Part shown: piece after piece, positions 17,412-24,664 of the stretch
Position numbering within the stretch: position 1 is the first letter of the stretch
How the letters are laid out: every line of letters begins with the position of its first letter
DNA from: a virus
Taxonomy: Duplodnaviria > Caudoviricetes
Length of the DNA: 24,664 nt
Strand: one strand, 5' to 3'
Virus record (IMG/VR): IMGVR_UViG_3300005805_007690
Span: 1-24,664 of that record
The notes under the pieces: generated by a model
What the model saw: only the letters and a program-made list of their open reading frames with translations
What the model was told of the DNA's origin: nothing
Database searches by the model: none
Position numbers and translations under genes: made by a program

Positions 17412-18334
17412 AAATAATCTACGAAACCGTAGTCCGGGAGTTTTTGTGGAGGAAAACCATCAAAATCACTGAAGGCATAAGAACCACTTTGACTAAGCAT
17501 ACCTTCTGCTGCATCAGCATGAATTAAAAATGAACCTTCTGGTATCGGACCCCAATCTGGATGTCCACCATCATTCCATTTACCCCAACTATTTTGAACT
17601 AAAAATGCTGGTTCGCCATTAGTATCATCACATGCCGTCCATGCCATACAATGAGCCCAACTACCACTAACTTTAGCAAATCCCTTTTTATCTCTTTTAT
17701 TACTAAATCCATAACTAGAACATACTGCTAATCCATAACCATTAGCTAAGGCATCTCTAGCTTCTTCTACTGTACGAATTAAAGATACCGTTCTTACCTG
17801 ATGATCATTGGCTAGATCTATGACTTTATCTGGTAATCCTTTTGGTCCCCAATTAGCTCCTAAATTACCATTATATTTACTAAAGTCTGCAATACCAGGA
17901 TAGTTTTTTCTTAATATTATACCACCATTATTACTAACAAAATCTGCCGCTCTAGCACAACTCATTCCCTGTCCACCGTGTCCTCTTGCTCCATAAATGG
18001 CTTCTGTAGCACCTTTAGCTACCCAGCTTTCTTTATCTCCCTTTATATCTATTTCTACGGCTCTTGTTATATCACAAGCCGTCCTAGTTCCATGGCTTAC
18101 GCAATCTCCAGTAGTTTGTCTCTCATTATATGGATTTTTATCAAACTTCAATACAGACTTATATGGAAGAGATAATTTACCAACTCCACTATTCTTGATT
18201 CTTTTTGCACCATCACCAAATAATCCATATTTGGATTTGGCCATCAATTGATCAAATATATGACCTTCCCATAAACATCCGCTAAATCCTTTTCTATAAT
18301 TATTATAGAGTTCTTCTGGAGTCATTCTTGGCAT
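17408..18334 (-). CDS. Papain-like cysteine peptidase (C1 family)
   Basis: Oxyanion Gln and catalytic Cys in QTTGDCVSHG, His in WAHCM, Asn in VQNSWG. Confidence 0.85.
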   Translation of the reverse strand: MPRMTPEELYNNYRKGFSGCLWEGHIFDQLMAKSKYGLFGDGAKRIKNSGVGKLSLPYKSVLKFDKNPYNERQTTGDCVSHGTRTACDITRAVEIDIKGDKESWVAKGATEAIYGARGHGGQGMSCARAADFVSNNGGIILRKNYPGIADFSKYNGNLGANWGPKGLPDKVIDLANDHQVRTVSLIRTVEEARDALANGYGLAVCSSYGFSNKRDKKGFAKVSGSWAHCMAWTACDDTNGEPAFLVQNSWGKWNDGGHPDWGPIPEGSFLIHADAAEGMLSQSGSYAFSDFDGFPPQKLPDYGFVDYL

Positions 18335-18840
18335 TATTGACTACCTTTATAACAGGCCCAGCTTAATGCTCTGAAAGCTTCTGCTGCTTTATTTCTTAAA
18401 TCATCATCTAACAAAGCCTCATCAGAGCCTATAGCAGATTTGACTAGTTCTTCGCATTTACCTGAAAGTCCTAGATATTTATTTTTGATATCTAGTTTAA
18501 GCATTTTACCAGCTAATGAATTAGCTTCTTTGATAGACATTGTATCTTTGAGTACAACATCTTCATTTTTTAGTTCTATTAAAAGAGCTAAATCAGCATA
18601 CAAAGAAGATAATCTTAGACAATCATATTTTTTAGTATTAGAATTAGAATTATCGAATATTTTCTTAACAGCCAAAGCATTTTCTAGTAATTGCTGATCT
18701 GTTGGAGCATCTGTAATATAATTCGTTACTACAACATTTCCTGGTTTATTAAAATCTTGCAGTAAATTTGGAATACTAGGTTTTAATAGACCAATCAATA
18801 CTAATCCACAACCTAATACTAATAATACTTTATTATTCAT
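18334..18840 (-). CDS. Hypothetical protein with N-terminal membrane anchor or signal
   Basis: MNNKVLLVLGCGLVLIGLL. Start moved to ATG 18840; TAATG-coupled to the protease. Confidence 0.7.
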   Translation of the reverse strand: MNNKVLLVLGCGLVLIGLLKPSIPNLLQDFNKPGNVVVTNYITDAPTDQQLLENALAVKKIFDNSNSNTKKYDCLRLSSLYADLALLIELKNEDVVLKDTMSIKEANSLAGKMLKLDIKNKYLGLSGKCEELVKSAIGSDEALLDDDLRNKAAEAFRALSWACYKGSQ

Positions 18841-19198
18841 TGTCCTTTTTCTCCGCACAAATTGTTGGACTAAGATATGGAAACATTTGATCAGCAACCT
18901 CTACAGCTTTTTGACATCCACTTTTTTCTGCCAAGTCTCTTGTTTGTTTCCATGATACTACTAAATCAAAAAATAGATTTTGTTGAACAGAAGGTTTGTT
19001 AACAACTGTAAGATCGGGCAAAGCTGGCTTACCAATTTTACCTTTTGCCTTATTAACCAAGTCTAAGACAAATTGTTGTACAGGGCTGAGTCTATCTTTG
19101 AACAAGACCCATAATACAATTCCAAGACCAGCATATAGCAATAAATCTGTTGAGCCTAGTGATCCACTAAATTCTTCGAAAGTCTGTGTAAAATTCAT
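18833..19198 (-). CDS. Hypothetical single-pass membrane protein
   Basis: LLLYAGLGIVLWVLF; SD GGAG at 19204-19207. Confidence 0.72.
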   Translation of the reverse strand: MNFTQTFEEFSGSLGSTDLLLYAGLGIVLWVLFKDRLSPVQQFVLDLVNKAKGKIGKPALPDLTVVNKPSVQQNLFFDLVVSWKQTRDLAEKSGCQKAVEVADQMFPYLSPTICAEKKDNE

Positions 19199-19209
19199 AA
19201 ATTCTCCTT

Positions 19210-19611
19210 TTATACTTTATTAATACCCCTGTATTGGTTTTTGGAAACAAAAAATCCTATTTCTTTAAAAGTCGTTACAGTAGCATCTATGGTTGAGCTA
19301 ACTAAAGATAATAGTATTCTTTTGACGTATAAATGCAAATATCCTTCTATAAAAGCTGGAATCATAGGAATATCTATTACTAAAAATAGCTTATCATAAA
19401 TAGATGATATTAAAGACATTGCTAATTCTTTTTTATCTGATCCAGACCAGTTTACAGCAGCATCTTCTATAGCTTTAACTATTTTAGCTACTAATAATTG
19501 TAGTATTTTCCATGCCTCTGCTATTGCTATACTCTTAACTTCACTTAGGCTTTTTTGTAGATTGCTTATTGTTTGATCTAGTTCTAGTTGAACCTTTTCT
19601 TCTGTTGTCAT
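19210..19611 (-). CDS. Hypothetical amphipathic helical protein
   Basis: 133-aa ORF with GSDKKELA and a hydrophobic C-terminal half. Confidence 0.7.
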   Translation of the reverse strand: MTTEEKVQLELDQTISNLQKSLSEVKSIAIAEAWKILQLLVAKIVKAIEDAAVNWSGSDKKELAMSLISSIYDKLFLVIDIPMIPAFIEGYLHLYVKRILLSLVSSTIDATVTTFKEIGFFVSKNQYRGINKV

Positions 19612-19861
19612 TTTTCTTCTCCGTTACTAATTTTTCTTCTGTGATAATTTTTTGTTTAATCTCTGATCTAGCCTTAATATATCTCATAAATACAGCAGAT
19701 TGACCTGCAATCAAAATAATAGACTCAACAGTATGTGCTAATACATCTGTTGTGCTATTTTTATCATCAAAACTTATTAATCCAATTAAATATAAACCAG
19801 AACATATAAATGATACTAATGTGATCCAAAATTCGCTTGTTTTATATCCAGGTTTATACAT
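19541..19861 (-). CDS. Putative holin-like protein (two TM segments, basic tail)
   Basis: KPGYKTSEFW followed by two hydrophobic helices and a Lys/Arg-rich C-terminus. Holin role is inferred. Confidence 0.55.
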   Translation of the reverse strand: MYKPGYKTSEFWITLVSFICSGLYLIGLISFDDKNSTTDVLAHTVESIILIAGQSAVFMRYIKARSEIKQKIITEEKLVTEKKNDNRRKGSTRTRSNNKQSTKKPK

Positions 19862-19866
19862 AGTTA

Positions 19867-20199
19867 TTAAATTTCTTTCTCTATTCTAGACTCTAAATTC
19901 TGTAATGTTTTACCTAATACAGCAATCTGAATTTTAAGTTCTGACATTACTTCTGTATTTTTTTGTAATGCAGATGCGAATTGTGATTGCATATCTTTTG
20001 CAGCGTCTAATCTTGCCATAATATTTTCTCTGTCTTGTAGATATGGGGAATGTAACTCAATTAGTTCTATAATATCATCTTTTTTGACAAGATGTCTCAT
20101 AATACCAAACCAAAATGCTCCTATGGTAGTCAATATACCAAAAAGAGTCATGGCTGCTGTTTGCCAAAAATGTATTATATCTGCATTATCTTCTGGCAT
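19867..20199 (-). CDS. Hypothetical TM plus coiled-coil protein
   Basis: TAAMTLFGILTTIGAFWFGIM then a heptad-like C-terminus. Start moved to ATG 20199 (GGAG 7 nt upstream). Confidence 0.72.
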   Translation of the reverse strand: MPEDNADIIHFWQTAAMTLFGILTTIGAFWFGIMRHLVKKDDIIELIELHSPYLQDRENIMARLDAAKDMQSQFASALQKNTEVMSELKIQIAVLGKTLQNLESRIEKEI

Positions 20200-20212
20200 G
20201 TAATGTCTCCAT

Positions 20213-20243
20213 AAAACTAAAAGCCATTGCATTATACAATGGC
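20213..20243 (-). terminator. Intrinsic terminator downstream of the 190-aa gene
   Basis: Minus-strand GCCATTG-TATAATG-CAATGGC followed by TTTTAGTTTT. Confidence 0.7.
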
Positions 20244-20291
20244 CTTTAATTATAGTTTAATAAATTGTAGTTAAATTATCACTAAAGACCA

Positions 20292-20864
20292 TTAACCATT
20301 TTTAGCTTTATAATTATCATTAACAGCTAAAGGAGCACTAGTTTTATAAGTTAATTCACCAGGAACACTACGTGTTGGATTAGCAGCGTCGTCTGTATTA
20401 AGAGAATCAACTGCATTGGCTGGAAATCCAGCATCCCAAGCACCAGTGTATCTATTATACTTATTGGCACGAATAGCTGTTGTTATTCTTTGTGTTGTTA
20501 GTGTTTCTAGCTTATGAATACTACGAACATTTGCTGGAACAGCAGCACCACTTAGTAGTGTGTCGTTTGAAACACTACCAGCTAATGTATCTGTTATTCT
20601 TTTAGCTATTGGAGATGCATTGTTATATGCAAAAGTACCAGCACTAAGAGCCTCGTCTGCCCAACTATTATCTAATACTGTTGAGCCAAATACACCAGCA
20701 TCATATCTTGAAACAGCAACATTATCTAATAAATTTGACGCTACTGAGCCGCCACGAGCAACTGAGCCACCATTTCCACCGGCTCCGCTGCCTTTAGCAT
20801 TAATGGCAACTGAATCATAATCTGAACCATCGGAAGCTTTAACTGCATATGAAGTAATAGACAT
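20292..20864 (-). CDS. Ala/Ser/Gly-rich hypothetical protein, probably virion structural
   Basis: GGAG SD, small-residue-rich composition unlike its Lys/Ile/Asn-rich neighbours, upstream intergenic gap and downstream terminator. Confidence 0.65.
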   Translation of the reverse strand: MSITSYAVKASDGSDYDSVAINAKGSGAGGNGGSVARGGSVASNLLDNVAVSRYDAGVFGSTVLDNSWADEALSAGTFAYNNASPIAKRITDTLAGSVSNDTLLSGAAVPANVRSIHKLETLTTQRITTAIRANKYNRYTGAWDAGFPANAVDSLNTDDAANPTRSVPGELTYKTSAPLAVNDNYKAKNG

Positions 20865-20902
20865 TTTTTTCTCCAGTAAAATGTGTTGGATAATTCATTT
20901 GA

Positions 20903-20911
20903 TAATACACC
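20903..20911 (-). promoter_or_regulatory. Candidate phage-specific promoter motif GGTGTAWTA
   Basis: Intergenic copy about 40 nt upstream of ATG 20864; further minus-strand copies at 12679, 16469 and 22986. Confidence 0.4.
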
Positions 20912-20963
20912 TTATTAATACAATAATTGGTTATTTAAATAAAAAATTCTATATTTTACGCCA

Positions 20964-22268
20964 TTATGCATCATAATACAGTATATTGGTAACTTTAATT
21001 TTCTTGCCAAGATCTGGGTTTTCATAATGAGGTATTAAAGTAGCACTTGTTGGTATATCATCAATACCTATTATTTTTTTAAATTGAAAATTATTTTTCA
21101 TTATAGAAGCTAATTGCCTCGGACTTAATGAAGTTTCATGTAAAATTACATTTTTATGGTTATAAATTTGTACGGTTATAGATTTTAAAAATTTATTAAT
21201 ATGTTGTATTGTTAAATCTGGAAAAGTAATAGTAATTAATTTTTTCATTAGCATATGTTTAGTCCACTCTTGTTCTGACATAAGAAAAGGCAAAGGAGAA
21301 TCATTCCTTGTATTAGCAGAATATTTGTGTACTTTTTTATTTTTAAAGTCCAATCCAGCATATAGTTCATATTGATGAATAGACCTAATATTTCCTAGAT
21401 TATATCTTCCAAAATTAATATCATTAATATCCATGCCTAATAATTTGCGTACTCTTATTTTCGATTTTGTATCTCTTGTTGTTGTGTCTATAATAAATCC
21501 ATTATTTTTAATATGGTTATCCCAATGTTTTTCTTCGTTATGTCTTAAATATAAATGCCATATAATAGGAAATGTTGGATGAAAAAAATCATAACCACTA
21601 GTATAGGCTCTAGCAGATAAAGATAATTCTTCTCCTCTAAAATATAGATTAGGATCATATGGACATTCTTGACAAAAATATCCTTCAACAAAAAGAAAAT
21701 GACCGGATAAATATCTAGCAGGAATGTCTTTGCTAAATAATAGTGATTCTTTCAAGACCAATGGCTTAAGCATCAGATCGCCATCTTGATCAAATATATC
21801 AAAAGAACATATTTGTATACCATTATATAAACATTCATTTTTATCTGAATGATATGCTGGACAATATCCACCGATAATTGGTTTGGGATAACCTTCTTCT
21901 TTTTTCTTTTGTATAAAATCTACTAATACAGAGTCCCATTGTTCTATAAATCTATGGTGGGCATCTATTTGTAAATAATAATCTTGATTTCTATATAATT
22001 TATGTTGAATTAAATATCTAGCCCAGCAAGTTCCTTGACTATCTCTCCAATCCATGTATAGAATTTGCATATTAAGCTTGTATCTTTTTTTAATATGCTT
22101 TAGTTTCCAGTATACGTTTTTATTATCTTGTAAACATATACCAAAAAATAATCTAGATTTTTTATCTGCTTTTTTAATACAATCAAGTATAGTTGGAATT
22201 AGCTCAGAATCTCTATATGCTGCTATGCTAATAAAAATACTATTTTTGATTTTTTTGTTTTTGTTCAT
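20964..22268 (-). CDS. GT60-like protein alpha-GlcNAc transferase (Skp1/mucin GlcNAc-T family)
   Basis: IFISIAAYRD.EL..TI, GTCWARY, YYLQIDAHHRF..WD (DxH), YDPNLYFRGEELSLSARAYTSGYDFFHP, WHLY, LGNIRS; extra C-terminal domain. Confidence 0.85.
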   Translation of the reverse strand: MNKNKKIKNSIFISIAAYRDSELIPTILDCIKKADKKSRLFFGICLQDNKNVYWKLKHIKKRYKLNMQILYMDWRDSQGTCWARYLIQHKLYRNQDYYLQIDAHHRFIEQWDSVLVDFIQKKKEEGYPKPIIGGYCPAYHSDKNECLYNGIQICSFDIFDQDGDLMLKPLVLKESLLFSKDIPARYLSGHFLFVEGYFCQECPYDPNLYFRGEELSLSARAYTSGYDFFHPTFPIIWHLYLRHNEEKHWDNHIKNNGFIIDTTTRDTKSKIRVRKLLGMDINDINFGRYNLGNIRSIHQYELYAGLDFKNKKVHKYSANTRNDSPLPFLMSEQEWTKHMLMKKLITITFPDLTIQHINKFLKSITVQIYNHKNVILHETSLSPRQLASIMKNNFQFKKIIGIDDIPTSATLIPHYENPDLGKKIKVTNILYYDA

Positions 22269-22899
22269 GCCAGAGTTTTAAAGCATATAAATTTTTAAAT
22301 CTTGCACCATATGGTTTATTATTGATAATAAGTTTCATCTGATCTTTATTCCATATATTACCATTTATTATGGTGTTCATATCTGTTTTTTTAGCAAGGT
22401 ACATACTGGCTATTAGATTATCTCCTATATCATCTAGCATATATCCTGTGGATGCATATATTGTCTGAAGACCGTGTTCTTTAACAATATTTGCTATTTT
22501 AGTTAAAGCTAAATGATTAAATATTCTATATTCTAACATATATGTGATATCGATCCCAGCATTAATGCATAAATCAAGATTAGATTGAATATCTTCTCTA
22601 AATTTATCATATCTTCTATTAACTATATATAGGGTTGGAATAACAATATCTAATTTATTGGCTCCATTTTTTATAGCATTGATAACTTCTGTTTGTCTAG
22701 TTTTAATATCAGAGATACCTAACGGGTAGTCTATAGGAGTGGCAATTTTAAAAGAATTTTGAGAAATTTTTTTCACTAATTTAATATAGTATGAAAACAC
22801 AGAAATATAATCTGGTCTAAACTGTGTAGCTTCGATAATATTATTCTTTAAATCTATTTCCTTAGTATCTAAATCATGATATGATAGTTCAATTATCAT
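22240..22899 (-). CDS. DeoC-like TIM-barrel protein, probably catalytically divergent
   Basis: IDYPLG...EVINAIKNGANKLDIVI and STGY match DERA, but the Schiff-base Lys position holds Tyr. Confidence 0.78.
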   Translation of the reverse strand: MIIELSYHDLDTKEIDLKNNIIEATQFRPDYISVFSYYIKLVKKISQNSFKIATPIDYPLGISDIKTRQTEVINAIKNGANKLDIVIPTLYIVNRRYDKFREDIQSNLDLCINAGIDITYMLEYRIFNHLALTKIANIVKEHGLQTIYASTGYMLDDIGDNLIASMYLAKKTDMNTIINGNIWNKDQMKLIINNKPYGARFKNLYALKLWHEQKQKNQK

Positions 22900-23590
22900 T
22901 GGTGTTCTTTCTACGGCGCTTAGGTTTTTTTAAACTATCTATTGATGGATACAAGGATGATCCTAGAATACCATCTGCAAAACCATAATACACCGCTTCG
23001 TCAGCAGACATGATCCAGTCTGAATAATTAGATAATTGTGACTGAATATGTTTTTTTATCATCATTTTTTTCCAATTTTTTTCTAATGCTACAGGACTGT
23101 CAACACATTTTTCACAAAAGATTTGTAACATTTTTTCTGATTCTCTTTCGCTCCACCTAAGATTGCTAGTTGCCGCCTTGTGTTCGGCATCCAAAGATAT
23201 AGACCCATAATGTAATAAAACGTGTGCGTTTGGCATCAATATTCTAAGATCAGCAGCCTGAAAAATAACACTACTTGATGATTCTACTTTTGCATACGCT
23301 AGTATTATTGTTTTAGATTTACAAATCTTAATAGCATCATACATTCCTAAACAATCGCTCCAATCACCACCCGGCAAATGCATATGTATTAAAATTGGAC
23401 TATTATCTAATGAATCTAATATCCTTAGATTTTTTTGCAGATTGACGGCTGATTTATAATCTACTCCTGGTTCTTCGCCATCACAACTAATGCATGAGTG
23501 TAGGTATATTTCTCTATTTTTTAGATCTATATTTATATCATGAATATTGGATATATTATTTATTTCTGGAATATCTGTATTAAGATTCAT
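22889..23590 (-). CDS. clpP: ClpP-like serine protease
   Basis: REIYL, LPGG...MYDAI, Ser in VESSSS, His in PNAHVLLH, Asp in DWIMSADEAVYYGFAD. Start 23590 or 23602. Confidence 0.87.
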   Translation of the reverse strand: MNLNTDIPEINNISNIHDINIDLKNREIYLHSCISCDGEEPGVDYKSAVNLQKNLRILDSLDNSPILIHMHLPGGDWSDCLGMYDAIKICKSKTIILAYAKVESSSSVIFQAADLRILMPNAHVLLHYGSISLDAEHKAATSNLRWSERESEKMLQIFCEKCVDSPVALEKNWKKMMIKKHIQSQLSNYSDWIMSADEAVYYGFADGILGSSLYPSIDSLKKPKRRRKNTNDN

Positions 23591-24014
23591 TAATATGCTC
23601 ATAAATTTTATTGTTAATATTGGTCATAATCTTAGAATCTTTGAAGGCTTTACCTATAGCAATTCTAAATCTATATCTTGTAAAAATATCCAAAGTTTCT
23701 ACCCCAATAGATTCTTCTAATATATCTGATATCTCTTTAGTAATAGAAAAATTAGTATGTCCTACCCAAAAATTAAATATTTTATCACACGATGTTTTTT
23801 CATTATATGGTAAAATACCCATTGGTGTTATTATTATAGGATACTTATATGATGATTTAGGATGATCAAATATTTGATCGTCTTCTTCTGTATTATAGTT
23901 TTCATTGTATTCACTGTCCGTATTATCATTTGAAACATCATCAGACATATCTGTTAAATTATTTAGGATAGGATCCTGCCATTTTTCCCAAATAATTAGT
24001 GGTTTGGTTTGCAT
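23580..24014 (-). CDS. Hypothetical protein
   Basis: 144-aa ORF with an acidic N-terminal tract and FWVGHTNF...GVETLDIFTRYRF. Confidence 0.72.
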   Translation of the reverse strand: MQTKPLIIWEKWQDPILNNLTDMSDDVSNDNTDSEYNENYNTEEDDQIFDHPKSSYKYPIIITPMGILPYNEKTSCDKIFNFWVGHTNFSITKEISDILEESIGVETLDIFTRYRFRIAIGKAFKDSKIMTNINNKIYEHINES

Positions 24015-24015
24015 A

Positions 24016-24453
24016 TTATTTATTATTAGGAATATATTGAGAAAACACTTTTAATGGAGAAATAACCGGACTAGATGAGTTTTTATATTGGTTTTTATTT
24101 TTTAAAATATGAGCTTTTTCTAATAGTAGCCAATTATAGACTATTTCTTCAAAAAGTTTTTTATTTTGTTCATCTGACATTTCTTTCATCAAAAATTCTA
24201 CAATAATATTATTTAATCCACCAGATACAATAGTATGAAAAAAAGCTGCTAATTTTTGTGCCTTAAACTCTAAATCATTTTTATCTTTAATTAATAGATC
24301 TTTAATCTCTAGAGATAAATCTATTTCATAGTTTGGAGTTAATCCAAAAGACAAAAGTACAGAATCATCAAAGAAATCTGTGTTTCTATTATCTGTTTTT
24401 GTCTCTATATTTTTTTTAAAATATTTATTATATAGCTGTTTTATTGATAACAT
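24016..24453 (-). CDS. Hypothetical protein
   Basis: 145-aa ORF packed in the operon. Confidence 0.68.
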   Translation of the reverse strand: MLSIKQLYNKYFKKNIETKTDNRNTDFFDDSVLLSFGLTPNYEIDLSLEIKDLLIKDKNDLEFKAQKLAAFFHTIVSGGLNNIIVEFLMKEMSDEQNKKLFEEIVYNWLLLEKAHILKNKNQYKNSSSPVISPLKVFSQYIPNNK

Positions 24454-24664
24454 TATCTATCAAAAGGTTTAAAGCTTTGTTGGTTGTATATCCAAGATAA
24501 TCATTATTAAATAATAGTTTATACCAATAAAAATTTGTCTGTAATATATTAGTGCTGGCAATTCCTCCATATGTGATATATAAATTGTCTTCAGAAAATT
24601 GTTCTATAGACTTAAGATAATCCAAAGTATTTTCTTCTTGTATATCTAAAAAACTATATGAACA
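24428..24664 (-). CDS. Hypothetical protein, 5'-truncated at the right edge
   Basis: The frame is open from the window edge to the stop at 24428; the track's TTG start at 24625 is probably internal. Confidence 0.6.
   Translation of the reverse strand, partial: CSYSFLDIQEENTLDYLKSIEQFSEDNLYITYGGIASTNILQTNFYWYKLLFNNDYLGYTTNKALNLLIDNVINKTAI

Noticed and set aside
1760-18175. Nested minus-strand ORFs 1760-1957, 15544-15786 and 17978-18175
   Set aside because: They are out-of-frame ORFs within strong genes, with no recognisable motif.
18808-18840. Lipoprotein (o-spanin) signal VLGC in 18334-18840
   Set aside because: The lipobox is atypical and the hydrophobic stretch continues past the Cys, so a TM anchor is more likely.
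20200-20232. Track start at 20232 for the TM/coiled-coil gene
   Set aside because: It lies inside the terminator hairpin; ATG 20199 has a well-spaced GGAG.
1321-23865. All plus-strand ORFs in the track (e.g. 2843-3145, 11751-12020, 20560-20820)
   Set aside because: They are short, antisense to well-supported minus-strand genes and have no motifs; shadow ORFs.
1-24664. Stop-codon reassignment
   Set aside because: Genes are full length under code 11, and TAA, TAG (6549, 12670, 22240) and TGA (1104, 13181) all end genes at sensible positions.

Overview
AT-rich, densely packed segment of a large tailed dsDNA bacteriophage (inference: host-like replisome genes sit among many hypotheticals, with no housekeeping operons). 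Every credible gene is on the minus strand and uses the standard code. In transcription order (right to left): (i) hypotheticals, a ClpP-like protease, a DeoC-like TIM barrel lacking its catalytic lysines, and a GT60-like GlcNAc transferase; (ii) a 190-aa Ala/Ser/Gly-rich gene with its own terminator; (iii) ten mostly membrane-associated small genes around a papain-like C1 cysteine protease, with no recognisable endolysin; (iv) a tandem LamG lectin protein with a mucin-like poly-Thr stalk, a small protein and a GT-A glycosyltransferase with ppGalNAc-T-like motifs; (v) from a sigma70-type promoter at ~13.17 kb, a nucleotide and replication block: dCMP deaminase, class II RNR, PhoH, HNH, FmdB, RecA, Vsr-like nuclease, DnaB, primase, dNMP kinase, Cas4-like exonuclease and DnaE (truncated at the left edge). 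The best novel-system candidates are a phage-encoded mucin-type O-glycosylation system and a protease-centred membrane cassette that may replace classical lysis genes. All family calls come from motifs recognised by eye; no database searches were run.
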